Origin: Octopus sinensis
Lineage: Eukaryota
Length of the DNA: 64,000 nucleotides
Assembly (NCBI RefSeq): GCF_006345805.1
Contig: NC_043008.1
Location: 27,528,001-27,592,000, forward strand
Direction: 5' to 3'
Part shown: positions 1 through 13,035 of the stretch, piece after piece
Layout of the letters: every line of letters starts with the position of its first letter
Position numbering within the stretch: position 1 is the stretch's first letter
Program-made: the position numbers and the translations under genes
Notes under the pieces: model-generated
What the model was told of the DNA's origin: nothing
What the model saw: the letters and a program-made list of their open reading frames with translations, nothing else
Databases searched by the model: none

Positions 1-180
1 CATTGCTTAGACTTGTGTCTGGGAGAGTAACTTTCTAGGTGCAATCCCATGGTCTGTCATGACCGAAGGGGGTGTCAGGATTATCGAATGAACGATATTT
101 TATCATGGCATGTGTCTTCCACGTGTTCAAATATAAAGTTGTCGATCTACTACATTTTTGTAACATTTTGAGGCAATCTT

Positions 181-191
181 CATTATTATAA

Positions 192-235
<44 letters not shown>

Positions 236-313
236 TTATTATTATTATTACTACTATTATTATTATTATTATTATCATCATTATTATTATTATTATTATC
301 ATCATCATCATTA

Positions 314-393
<80 letters not shown>
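181..393. repeat. (ATT)n microsatellite
   Basis: Directly visible; explains the poly-N/poly-I ORF 127..498. Confidence 0.98.
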
Positions 394-945
394 GAGTGCG
401 AGAGCAGTGCATGCCATCAAAATGACACTGGAGTAAAATATACGAAACCCAATATACCCATCATGACTACCCGTCTGATAAGGGTACACTAGACACATGC
501 ATCACAACCATATGTGCCCGACATGGTAAACTCATATCAAGATAAACAGCACATGACCTTGCAGGTGAGGCCCAATTAGAATTTTCTTCTGGTCGAGTAG
601 CCCATCCTGCTCAAATGGACCCTGAATAATGGTTGTTTAAGGATGTTGAACGAAACACCCATGTTTCCAAATGTGAATTATCCAAACCTCCAAGAATTCC
701 TCTCAACACATGGCTATGATGCGCCCCCAATACCTCTGCTCTTGATCAGAGATGCACATATCGTCAGCCACTAAGAGACATGCTCAACTGGTTAAGATCA
801 AACAACTGACAAGCAAATCTGTGGTATTGAGCGGAATATTTGCTGTAGCCCATCTTTTATACCAATACAAAACAATGTACGTGATAACACTTCCAATCAG
901 TTAAGATCAGAAACCATGAGAGCCACTGCCTGGTACTGTATCTGG
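394..945 (-). mobile_element. ~550 bp non-coding interspersed element embedded between two (TAA)n arrays (SINE-like/non-autonomous)
   Basis: No ORF; on the minus strand it ends directly in an (AAT)n tail and is preceded by another (TAA)n array. Resembles an abundant octopus repeat from memory (unverified). Confidence 0.5.
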
Positions 946-954
946 CATTTATAC

Positions 955-966
955 TATTTATTATTA

Positions 967-1006
<40 letters not shown>

Positions 1007-1023
1007 TATTATTATTATTATTG

Positions 1024-1055
<32 letters not shown>

Positions 1056-1074
1056 TTTGTTGTTGTTGTTATTA

Positions 1075-1106
<32 letters not shown>

Positions 1107-1165
1107 TTTGCTATTTTTGTTGTTTTGTTATTATTATTATTATTATTATTATCATTATTATTCAT
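955..1165. repeat. (TTA)n/(TTG)n microsatellite, tail of the R4/Dong-like copy
   Basis: Directly visible. Confidence 0.97.
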
Positions 1166-3420
1166 TAGTTTTATTTTTATAACGTGCTTTCACTTCACTA
1201 CCGAGCGCAGCTCTATGTACCTTGGGTATGTGCTGTAGTTTGCTGTGATGCTCTTATTGTTACTGCATTGAAAGTGTTTTGCATAGGATGCGTGCAGTGC
1301 CCAGTAATGGAATTTTCTGTATGTTATATATATTTGTAATTCCTAGTGTCTTTGCTATGTATTTGTAAGAATATATTTTATCATATCTATTGCACCCCCT
1401 ATGATAGTAATTGTTTCTGTTTTTAGATTCTACATTCGAGTTTCCTCTATTTTCACGTCTTTGAATTTTGAAAGTTTTTCCATTTCTTTTAGAGAAACGT
1501 TGTCATCTGCTGGTATTGATACATCAATTGTAAAGCATTTTTTTGCTTCGTGATCTCTGACAACGATATTCGGCCTATTGGCCTAATTTATCTATCTCCG
1601 TGCATTGGCATACCCCAGTTTATGTTTACTTTCTCGTTTTCTGTGTCCTTTTCTGGCCTGTGCCTGTACCATCTTTCTTCTGTTATTATTCCTTAGTATT
1701 TGCACAGATTCCAGTGTATGTAGGTTCCAACTCTGTCGTGTGTGTGAATATATTTCTTCTTAGCCAGGACTGAGTAGCCAGAGGCAATATGGTTTGTTGT
1801 TTCTTCTACATCTTCACATATTCTGCAGTTACTTGTTATGTTCCTTTTCATTATGAGTATTGGGGAATTTCCGTTGGGGAGGCTTTGGTCTTGTGCTGCA
1901 ATTAAAAATCCTTCAGTCTCTGCTTTGAGTCCTGAGATTCTCAACCAGTGCTGGGAGTTTTCTCTGTCTATTTCTTTTGCATTTAATTTAGCCTAGTATT
2001 TGCCATGAAGGGGATTTTCATGCCATTGTTTTATTATGGTCCGTTGCTGTTCCAGTTTTAATTTGGATTTCATCTGTTTTGTAGCTTTTGTTTCTTCTTC
2101 TTCTTCTTCTTCTTCTTCTTCTTCTTCTTCTTCTTCTTCTTCTTCTTCTTCTTCTTCTTCTTCTTCACCTTCTCCTTCTTCTTCTTCACCTTCTTTTTCT
2201 TCACCTTCTTCTTCTTCTTCTTCTTCTTCTTCTCTTCACCTTCTTCTTCTTCACCTTCTCCTTCTTCTTCTTCTTCTTCTTCTTCTTCTCTTCTTCTTCA
2301 TATTTGTTAGGCAGTATGATTCCTTCTTTGTATTTGTCCTCTTCCTTACATACTGAAAAGAGTTTTTTGTTTTGTTCATGTTTTGTGACTATTTGTATTA
2401 GTTTTCTTTGCTTCTGAAGTAGATATGTTTGCATTCCTATGGTGGTTATTTTGTAATAGTTTTCCAGCTGCATAAGGCCTCTACAACCTTCTATACGTTG
2501 TATATATATATTATATATATATATATAGATATATCCTTTCTATGTCAGATTTTTTGTGGTGCATCCCAGACCCTGTTATTATTTTTCTTGTTTTCCCGTC
2601 TATTTTGCGTTAGTTCATTTAGTGTCCAGTGAAGGGCATTGTAGCTGTAACTTATAATTGGGACGGCTAAAGTATAAATACCTATTATCTTGTTTTTAGC
2701 ATTCAGCTCTGTGTTCACTATTGATCTAACTCGTCTACAGCATTCGTTCTTTCTTTATTTTTGTTTGTATGTGTTGTATCGCATCTACGTCATTGATTCC
2801 TAAACATTTGAATGTCTGGCTTGCGTCTAATTCTCTTATTTCATTGGCTTAATCTAGTGTGATGTTGCTACTTTTAACTAGTTTTCCTCTTTCAGCGTTG
2901 CCTTGTCACATTTTTCTAATCCAAATTTCATATGTATTTCTTTGGTAAATCGATGTACTGCCTGTAGTAGTGTTTTCAGCTGTTTATCATTTGTAGCGTA
3001 TAGTTTTAGGTTATCCATATATATGAAGTGACTTATTGTTTTGCCGTAACATGTGTTTGTGTTCTATTTAGCATGTCAGATAAACGTGTCAGTGCCAAGC
3101 AGAAAAGGAATGGAGAGAGCGTGTTTCCGTGTGGTATTCCTTTCCTAATTGGGGTGGCTTTGGTTTTCACGAGTCTCTCTTTTGTTTAGCGCTGTAGCAC
3201 AGTCTGCCATTTATTCATAGAATGTCTTATGTATTTGATAATTATTGGTGCTACCTTGTTTTTGGCTAGTGTCTCGAGGATCCACGTGTGGGGAATACAA
3301 TCAAAAGCCTTACGGTAGTCGATCCACGCCATACTGAGGCCTTTCATCTTTCTGCGGTTGTTTTCAGTTATGGCTTTATCGATCATTAATTGATCTTTAC
3401 AGCCGTATGAGCCCTTGCAG
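1166..3420 (-). mobile_element. R4/Dong-like non-LTR retrotransposon, 5'-truncated and degenerate (RT, CCHC finger, restriction-like endonuclease)
   Basis: Minus-strand peptides GCKDQLMIDKA...AWIDYRKAFDCIPHTWIL (RT), LKAETEGFLIAAQDQSL, CRICEDVEETTNHIASG...HDRV (CCHC), plus an RLE-type C-terminus; 3' end runs into (TAA)n. Confidence 0.9.
2093..2298. repeat. (TCT)n microsatellite inside the R4/Dong-like ORF
   Basis: Directly visible; reads as (GAA)n in the element's E/K-rich linker. Confidence 0.95.
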
Positions 3421-3429
3421 TTTCGGGTG

Positions 3430-3995
3430 CTATCATCAACAACCGATAGGGCTATTAGATGAAGGGCATTTGGGTTTAGTAAGGAAGAATCTAGAATAGA
3501 GAGATGTAGTTAAGAAACTAGAAGGTGTGGTTAGTAAGCATAACGGTCGATGTGCTGGGTGTGAGGTTGGCTTTTTATCAATTCTTCAATGTCAAATACG
3601 AAGGTTGCCTTATCAAAGGTAGGGCGCTTGTACTGAGATACGAGAGGTGGAAACCGTTCAATGCGTTCGAGTGGTGGAAATGCAACGGGAAAAGAAAACA
3701 ACACATCAGGCCTTGCCGGATTGAGAGGGGCTTTGCTGGTTGAGTCCAAGTAGATGTATGCGAAATTTTCGTGGCACTTATTTCAAGTGCACGGAGGGCG
3801 TGGTAGGTCCGATCTGGAGGTAGATTTCATTTTCATTGATGACATACAACACATTTCAACCAGGGATATGGGGTTCTGCGAAATGCCGATGACAGTAGAA
3901 GATATACGGGACTCGATGACGAGAAATCTCCGGGGATGTCTGGATTGCAGTTCGGGTTTTATCGTCATATACACGGCATTAATCCCTATATTGTT
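3430..3995 (+). mobile_element. Tx1/L1-clade LINE ORF2 fragment (EN-RT linker)
   Basis: Frameshifted peptides FNVKYEGCLIKGRALVLRYE, CEMPMTVEDIRDSM and KSPGMSGLQFGFYR (L1-type KSPGxDGLxxEFY); homologous to 18600-18900. Confidence 0.7.
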
Positions 3996-4001
3996 AATAT
4001 T

Positions 4002-4377
4002 AAGGGCGCGAGCAGACAGAATCATTAGCGCACGTCAGCGGTATTTCGTCGACATTACCTGTTATCCTTTCGATGCCGATAGATTAAGAACCAGTAAAAT
4101 ACTGGTGTCGATGTAATGGCCTAGTAGCCACCATCAAATTTCTTGCCTTGTACATTTTGTAGAAAATATTATCATTATTATTAAGGCAACGAGCAGGTAG
4201 AATACCACACCGGGCAAAAAAAAAATAGCGGCATTTCGCCCGTATTTACGTCCTAACTTCAAATACCACTGAGAGTGACTGTGCACATCATCCCTTTGGG
4301 ATCGATAAAATAAGTACCTGTTGAACACTGAACCAAAATCTCAGGCCTTATGCCTATTGTAGAAAGGATTATTATTA
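4002..4377 (+). mobile_element. Two tandem degenerate copies of a tRNA-related SINE (4002-4170, 4183-4377)
   Basis: Both start aagg(c/g)...gagc...cagaat, share the ccttt...cgat...aag.acc core and end tgtagaaa...att(att)n. Confidence 0.7.
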
Positions 4378-6804
4378 GGTGTTTTCCAATGCAGGAATTC
4401 ATATCACTCCGTCACGTTCCTCTTCTAGTAAAATTTCAGTCCACAAAGATATATTTATCACAGTGAAAATAATGCTGCTTATACTAAAATACATACACAG
4501 TGGATGTATTCGTAACGGTTTTTTTTTCTAAAATGAAAAAGAGGGAAAAACACTCTATGAAACTCCTTTATTGCTGTCGTTGCTATGAGAAAGAGTTTTT
4601 TTTTCTTGTCTCGTGAGACAACGAATAGATAAATTCCAATAACTTCCTTTACAGCAGAAGTATTCTATACGAATCGATTTTTACCATTTCGCGGATAAGT
4701 TGACGTTAATAATTAACAATAAAACTGAATTAGATCACATGAAAGTGATGAGTTTTAGGACGCTTAATGGAGCTGTTCTCAACATTTTCTCCACAATAAA
4801 ATTCACAATAACAGCGTCAACGAACGCAAGATCTACTACACTTCTATAATCTGCATTAATCTTCATTCTGAATTATGGGATTTATATTAAAGAATATTTA
4901 TAGTGAGAGGAACAATAATTTGAAGACACAGCTACCCATAAACATACCGAAACTTAGAAAAATTACTACGCAACAAGACTATAATAAGATAAAATTGGTA
5001 ACCTCATTTCAACGAATATAAATTTTCGGAGATGGCTTATTCTAGCATAGTACAGAATACTTTAGGTTGGAGCAAAAATTGAAAATGTTGTTTATGTCTG
5101 ACCTTATTAGATGACATAGAAATGCCCACTGCATCCTACACTGTTACTTTATGAATAGAGGCATACAATTAGAAATAAAAGTAGTCGATTGAAATTACGA
5201 TGACTTCAACGAAAGTAATGCTAAAGTGTCGTCATAACTTTTGTTGTTAATTGACAAAAAAACTTTCTCTATAGCAAGATATAATCTCTGACGTCTTTAA
5301 ACGTCTTAGGAAAATTAGTATGCACTTTTGTATCCAGTTCTTCTCAGCCACTTTAACATTATCTGTGACATTCTATTCTGATTTAGAACATACAATACAC
5401 CCCATAGATAGTGTTACTTGCTGGTATCCGTACATGGCAAATCGTAGGTGGAACTTTAAGCAGATGTCTTTGGACATAGACACCATTCTCGCTCCTTATT
5501 TCATTTCAGAATTCCACATCCCCTAATGCTGACAGTTTCCCCGATGGAAATTGGATGCAGTAAATATTTTCTGCCTTCACATATTACTTTTAGATTACTT
5601 ATTGGATATCATTGCCTCTTACTACTAACAAGGTAATATCATGCTGAGAATGAATCCATCATTACACATCACTGTAGCACGTGTATATTGATTAGTTGAC
5701 TAGTTATGTATTATACAACTTCTTTCTGAATATCTGAGACCTCTTTCTGAATATCTGAGACATATAAATGCTGTCTCGGAAAGAGAACTTTATTTCAGAC
5801 AATATTAAGACTAAGAGTTGTTTAGTTAACTGGAAATTAATAAAGACATTGGAATAGTAAGGATGTTTCCAATTACTGCTACTGTTAATTAAAGGCAACA
5901 CATGCACTTCTTATCTTCTTTCTCTGAATAATGGAAGCAAAGAAAATGATAACAAATTAGGCTTGACGTGTCAAACTGTTCCTATTGCACCTAACTTAGT
6001 ACTTTTCTATGAATCAGTATTAACTGATAGGGAACGGCATTGTTTTCTCTGAATTTGAAATTCTGTTTTCTTTACAGTCATAGAAGTTCTAAATCGGAAT
6101 TGATGCCATTACACAATCAACTTTTATCCCTGCTTATCTGTATATACCTGGTAATCAGTAAATTCAAATTCACAATGCGGAATATATTTTGTAATTATTT
6201 AAATATCAGTAATACCCAAAATTGCACCATTCTCTATATAGGGCACAATATTATCCCGGATATAATATATCTAGAAATAATATGAAAAACGCTCTAATGC
6301 ATTTGACACTAATTCTGCATTATGCTTCATATAACCTGTCCGGCATCAAAGTGAAAGTAAAAGTATGCAACATTATCTTGACTTCTCTAATGGTAGTTAT
6401 GGATATTATTGCAGATCATTGTCTTATACATGCCACAGATAATATTTAACGACGTGACCAGGTACGAAGTCATAGCAGTTCAATAGTCTGTCAAACTAAT
6501 ATTCCTTTAATTTATCATCTTAATACTTACGCTGATGGCATCATTTAACACTCTTATCGAAAGTAACTGACAATCGAATCCAAAGCAGACAGTCATGTTG
6601 ATTACATTACGTTTCAGATTATGGTAGAAATTATTACTTCATAGCTTCTAACACAATTATTAATTATATGATTCTGAGCTACGTCTATGTTGATATTAAA
6701 TCTGTAATCATGCGGTATCGATAACACTCTCACGAGGTCTCAGATGTTTAGCATAGCCTCCGAAAAGTCGCCACAGGCACAGAGACGTACATACTATTCA
6801 TATA

Positions 6805-6807
<3 letters not shown>

Positions 6808-6855
<48 letters not shown>

Positions 6856-7196
6856 ATCTAAATATATATATATATTTATACATGTATCTATCTAAATATA
6901 TATTTTTGTCTATTTTGCATACGCATAAATAGTAGATAGATACACACACACGCTCGCATGTCTATGTGTGCATGTAATAGCGCATGCAACAGAATCGCAT
7001 TAAAGTAGCTAAATAGCACGAAATCTATCATGTATACAAGAACGCCGCTAGCTGTAATACTGATGTATGAAAGAAACTGGTGAGGCGTTGTTTGTCGAAC
7101 GTCAATGTACAATCAGACACTGGTGTTTTGGCTTACCTTAAACAACACGGTTACGAACATATCCTATCATAATGTCTATATATATATATATGTATG

Positions 7197-7272
<76 letters not shown>

Positions 7273-7788
7273 AGTAACGAGCAGCAAGCATGAGTGCTCA
7301 AGACAGATCTGGTGGGAGGATATTCGTCATGAGAGAGTCAAAACTCAACCAATGATTTCATGTGAAGAGAACTTCACAATTATTCAAACATGCAGCATAG
7401 AAGTCTTGATACTCGTATTCGGTTTTGATTCGAATACACAAGTTCACAAGATGTGAACAAACCCCATATTAACTTAAGCATCACTGCTAATGCCAGCAAA
7501 CATAGGTGCCATTGTAGCAAATCCGATCCTTCTGCCACGGAAAATTAAATAGTATAACATCAACAATGAATGTTTAACATATTTGGGAGGACATAGTCTC
7601 GACTTGCATGCGCAAGAAAAATGCAAAATAGAAAATTTGAAGTATGAACGTCCATTCAAACATCCACCGCTCCAAACACTGCTAAGCTGCTGAACATCGA
7701 TTAAATGCACCTCGTATTTTATATGAACATTATGCTTTAAACATTCACTCCCATGAATAAAATTCATGCTGCAGGTGTATATATATAC

Positions 7789-7861
<73 letters not shown>
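6808..7861. repeat. Cluster of (TA)n microsatellites (6808-6900, 7175-7268, 7778-7861)
   Basis: Directly visible. Confidence 0.95.
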
Positions 7862-7865
<4 letters not shown>

Positions 7866-7900
7866 AAAGGTTTGAAAATGCAATTTTAAAAGATGTCTAT

Positions 7901-7945
7901 TTACTTTACCAGTTTCACTTTTTGTAAAAAGATTGTCAAAAGTAA
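7901..7945 (-). ncRNA. Type I hammerhead ribozyme motif, U3:A8 core variant
   Basis: Minus strand ttactt-UUGACAA-tctttttacaaaaagt-GAAAC-tg-GUA-aagtaa; 6-bp stem I and a stem II hairpin with a U-U closing pair. Confidence 0.6.
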
Positions 7946-8488
7946 CATGTAAAAGTTTGGTTGTGTTAATTATTGGTTGTCACAAAATACTACAATACAT
8001 ATATACATTTTTGGTAACAAGAACATGTTAAGATCATAAAAAAGTTTAACAAGTTCATTAAAATATTGGGCACAAAAGATTACAACATATAAATACATTC
8101 TCAAGAAAATGTTAAAGATAGTTTCCAGAAGGAATTAATAATAATGTTAATGGTGGACCAAGTCAGTCTAAGCTACCCTACTACTATAGTGTAAACTTTT
8201 TTGAACTTATATTCTGTGCGTGTATGTATATACCAATATATATATATGTATATACCAATATTTCACTGAAATTTTTCATAATTCCTTCTGGAAACTATCT
8301 TTAGCATTTTCTTGAGAATGTATATATATATATGTTGTAATCTTATGTGCCCAATATTTTAATGAACTTGTTAACCTATTTTATGTTCTTAACTTGTTCT
8401 TGTTACCAAAGAATGTATATATGATGTGTAGTATTTTGTGACATCCAAAGATTAACACAACCAAACTTTTACATGTTACTTTTGACAA
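7901..8488. mobile_element. Penelope-type pseudo-LTR relic: diverged inverted repeat, arms 7933-8137 and 8279-8488
   Basis: Arms align in reverse complement (e.g. ttctcaagaaaatgttaaagatagtttccagaaggaatta / taattccttctggaaactatctttagcattttcttgagaa); starts in (TA)n; hammerhead motif at the left end. Confidence 0.7.
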
Positions 8489-8771
8489 GCCTTGTGAGTG
8501 AATTTGGTAGCCGGAAACTGAAAGAAGCCTGTCGTATATATGTATATATGTGTATGCGTGTGTGTGTGTTTGTGTGTCTGTGTTTGTCCCCCTAGCATTG
8601 CTTGACAACCGATGCTGGTGTGTTTACGTCCCCGTCACCTAGCGGTTCGGCAAGAGACCGATAGAATAAGTACTGGGCTTATAAAGAACAAGTCCCGGGG
8701 TTGATTTGCTCGACTAAAGGCGGTGCTCCAGCATGGCCGTAGTCAAATGACTGAAACAAGTAAAAGAGTAA

Positions 8772-8772
<1 letters not shown>
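8487..8772 (+). mobile_element. 5'-truncated tRNA-derived SINE
   Basis: Same family as 36691-36854 and 43638-44052 (gccttgtgagtg..tttggtag.cggaaactgaaagaagcc; ggcggtgctccagcatggcc). Confidence 0.85.
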
Positions 8773-8832
<60 letters not shown>

Positions 8833-9149
8833 TACACATACCACATCACATATATAGAGACATACACACACACATACGTATATGTGTATATATGTGTATG
8901 TGTGTATACATGTGTGTGTCTGTGTGTGGGTATATATGCATCTATGTAGATATGTGAATATGTGTATATACAGAGAGAGAAAGAGAGGGAGAGATAGAGA
9001 GGGAGAGATAGAGAGGGGGAGATAGAGAGGGGGAGTTGGAGCGAGAGAGAAGTTGTCTATCAAAACAACGAAATTAAAATTTGATTTAAAAGTACTTTAG
9101 ATAATATTCACACATTAAAATGCTTTTGGAATTACGTAGACATTATGTT

Positions 9150-9990
9150 TTCATAGGATATAAGCAGTTTCCATGATCACGTGCACTATTTTTAGAATTT
9201 CTTCCATGTTTACATTTCATGGTATCTAAGATAGGGAACAATCAGCCCTTTTTGCTATCACACCTAGGGCACATATGATAACAAGTCGTTGTAGTTTGAA
9301 GTTCTACATTTCAGCAATTTCTATTAAAATATCTTTATGTTTGCTCAATATTTCGTAGGTCTTGGTAGATGCCTTTATATCGATTGGGATAGTTATGTCG
9401 ATGACTGTCTGAAATCCTTTATTATAATGTCCGGCCTATTTGCATCTATCTTCCTGTTAGTTTAAACAGTAAAGTTGCAAGGCTCGTGTTTCCATCAGCT
9501 TTTATCAAGGGACAGATCCTTATTTCAGTAGTTGACCAATCAAAATATTGAAACTGTAAGTTATAAACGGTATGGCTAAATAATTAATCACATCGATCCT
9601 GTTTCATGCGTTTAGCTCTCTTTTGATTATTGCCCTCACACTGCGATAAAATTCTTTTCTCGCATTTAATTATATCACCTTCATATACCACACAGTATTG
9701 GTAACCCGCCTCTAGTTCTAATTCCTGTATAACGTTTTCTTGGACAAGTTTCACATTGGATTTTTCTGTTATTTTCCATGTAGCAGTACAGATCATTTTG
9801 CGCAAATATCTAGGTCAAATTCTAACCTTATGTCGCCACTAAAATGTTATACAATTGCAAGTGAGCCCTGTATTTGCGGGTCACTTTTGCAAAGTGCTTT
9901 AAATCCATGTATGAGATGTTTTACAGCTTTAACAAAAATGTTACGATTCAGCAAGATATTTCGCGAAGGCATTTTTTGAGGAATCTCAGA
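9150..9990 (-). mobile_element. Old R4/Dong-like LINE relic (RT C-terminal part and RLE)
   Basis: With frameshifts: KHLIYMD..KHFAKSDPQIQ..LEFDLDICAK, EKSNVKLVQENVIQELE..YEGDIIK and DANRPDIIIKDFRQ..LSKHKDILIEIAEM. Confidence 0.7.
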
Positions 9991-11889
9991 TAAGTGTATC
10001 CTCCTACATTTCGTGGCTCAGAGATTTATTTGCAGATTTGTCCTTATCACAGCTTGCCATTAATTAAACAATATCCATTTTATGCACAGTGCATAGTAAA
10101 TGCAAAGCACTGGAAAAAATTTAAATGCAATTAACCTTCATTATGTCCGAAGTAAGAATTATTTGATTTTTCTAAGGATGTGTTTAAAATCGAGCGATTC
10201 TTTACCTGATAAAACACTTCGTAATTTTACGGAGGCGTGTCTCAGTAACTGCGTAATAGTCTTTTAACCGTTTAACAAATCAATTAAAAATACTAGTTTA
10301 GTGGCGAAGAACCTAATTTGTTTATTAGTACTTTTGACGGTTCATTATTATTGAAACTATATCCACAACACAACGTAAACCCAACTCACTAAAATGAAAC
10401 ATAGATATTAGAAACCGTCGCTTTTACTGAAATAAGGAATTTGAACATATTTTCCTAATGAAATTTACGATTAGTAAATTCTACGTGCAAACACTTTCTT
10501 TATTGCTTATCAGAAAATATCTAATGAAGGTCTTTGTTTATCTGAGTGACAGAGTATTCAGCTGTAGGTAAAGCTAAGATATTATAAAATAATTTTGTTA
10601 TGTATTCTCATTTCGTTATTTCAGATGTAGATGGCTTGTATATAGCTCAACAAGATATAATTTATACATCAAACAGTGTTTATCAAAGAAGTAAATTTAA
10701 TTTATACTGATCTTACCTATTGAACAAAAAAAACAGATTATAGGCACATTCTTTTTATACTATTGATGTGCGAATAAAATAGCAGAGTATCGTCTGATGA
10801 CCCTTTCATTGTTTGCTGACTACGCGATTCCCTCTACTTTCTTCGAAAGGAAAAGTCCAGGAGCATACATTATAAATTACATATCAAAAAGTACCGTGAT
10901 TGTTAGGTGGATTTAGATTGTTCTACATTTGACGGTTCATTATAGATATAGCAATATACTACCAATATTTCTTATACGCAACGTAGCGTAAATCGGGATG
11001 TAAAAATGAGGCGTATTTGAAAAATTTCATTTGATCTGTGTTGCCAATTTGCAACACTAGTATTTTAAGCTACTGAAATGCCTTCGGGCAATGCTATTCA
11101 AATCTTTTGCCGGTTATCTTCAATAAAGCCATCCTGTAATATACTTTTCAAATTATATGTTGATTTCCTGAAAATCACATTGATAATAATAAAATAATGA
11201 TGCAATGGAATGTTCGGGAGAGTTAACATCTAGCATCAGATTGCTTTGCCAATCACTAGAGTTCGGTAAAAGAGAGAATTGCTACAAAATCTTTCAAACA
11301 TAAACTACACACACGCATACAAATCATTTTGAGGTTGTAGATGAGAAACACCTGCTAGTGTCTTATTGGGTTTGCGTCAATATCTTCCTTGATTGTATAA
11401 CGAGGAACCTGTGTAAATGTTATCAGATGTACAACCTGATAAATGAACCATAATAATAAAAACAAGCTGGCTAATCATATGATGGATAAATACACCACTG
11501 AAAATCCAATAGCACAACTCATATTGAATATACGATTCATAACAGATTCCAGACTAAAATAACATCAGAAAGAAAAGCATAAATTGTATGACAAAGGTAT
11601 AGAAACAATACTAAATGCCGAAACATCAAGGTCGACATGCAGCAACAATATACAGATTAAACGCTGGTTCATTCTGAACGTGCACATATTTATTCGACTC
11701 AGAAAGTTCAATGAATATCATTACGATAAAACTTGTAATTCATTTGACATGACAATATCATTTACAGAAACCAGTTACTGGTCCATATGTCATTCCCAGA
11801 TGAGGAATATTTGCCACAATATTAGAAATTATCTTCTTAAATTTTTTTCCTTGTTTCCTGTAACAACTCCGTTTCTTGATGTTTAATAT

Positions 11890-12030
11890 CCCTTAATCAG
11901 TTCGTCATGTTTGACAACCATATCATCCTTTTCCTTCCTATGCTGCTGTTCCCATAAATCTTTCCGATAATTTCTCCAGGTCCTCTTTCTTCATTACATG
12001 ACAAAAATCTTAGTTGTTTGGCCATTATCT
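11890..12030 (-). mobile_element. RTE-like LINE C-terminal relic
   Basis: QLRFF.HVMKKEDLEKLS resembles the RTE QLRFLGHVMRKEGLE motif; short and degenerate. Confidence 0.4.
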
Positions 12031-12105
12031 ACAAAGACTAATGAAAATAATAAATAATAAGTTAATAGCGTATTGTCAATAATGAAATACATTTAGATAT
12101 ACTTA

Positions 12106-13035
12106 TAAAGGGTGTTCCCAAAATGAATTTACATTTTTATGAACGCTTATTTTCAAACTGTCAAAAACGTAAATCAGTAGAATTGCAAGAAGACTTTCGT
12201 TCGGTATTTGTGCAGCTTCTCATTCAATGGTTGCCCTCAATCGTTTAACAGTTGCAGTTTTGTATCGTAGATTTACCTTGTAAGTACCCCCGTGATAATA
12301 GTCTAGTGGTGTGTGCACCAGTGAACGCAGGTGGTAAGCTAAACCCACTTCGTTCAATACCTCTGTTCTGAACAAATTCATGAACTCGGTCCCTTACATT
12401 ACAGTGGAAATATGGGAATATTATATATAGCTGGAAATGTAATTTTACATCTTCAGTGTATTTGTCAATGTTTGTAATGGCATTTTGTTACAGCAAATTT
12501 TACTAAATGTGACCGAACGCAGTACTCTAAAACTATTATGGAAAGTGTGCATCTTTTCACTCATTTTACCAAATAGAACAGAAAACTTCATTCTGAACCT
12601 AGAACATTTTCAATGAAAGCGTAGCCTATTCTTGCAGAGCTGCTTTTTCAATGACAACACATGAAAATGTGACGAACATGTAATTTTCAAATTTCCCTCA
12701 ACGACTGCTTGCTGCACAGATTTCCTTGAAATCTGGTAATACGTTTCTAATTTTGTAGTGTTCATCGATGTCTGTTGACTTCTGTTTAAACCATATCTCA
12801 GATTCCTATGGTGGGAAGTCGTGTAGGTAAATTTAATTGATACTCTGTCTCTGTCCTAAACTGTTTTGCACTTCCATTGCGCTTGCAGACTTCTGCGTGA
12901 GCTTTAAAGTAAATTTCCTTTATGTAAGGCGTCGTTTTTACCCTTCGTTGATTTTAAATGGTTAAATCTGAAAGGAAATGTAAGTTGTTATCAGCTACCA
13001 AGTTATGTACTTTTAATTTCGGGCGGGTCACTCTG
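12106..13035 (-). mobile_element. Degenerate Tc1/mariner transposon (rosa/DD41D-like)
   Basis: Minus-strand remnants SHFHVLSLKKQLCK (cf. DEAHFHL..VNKQNCR) and TPLDYY.GG.L.GK.YDTK; imperfect ends TA-taaagggtgttccc and gggtcactctg-TA. Confidence 0.55.

Noticed and set aside
127-2473. Long ORFs with poly-N, poly-L, poly-S, poly-R or poly-Y (also 19654, 48082, 62614-63254 and all YIYI ORFs)
   Set aside because: Translations of microsatellites; no coding evidence.
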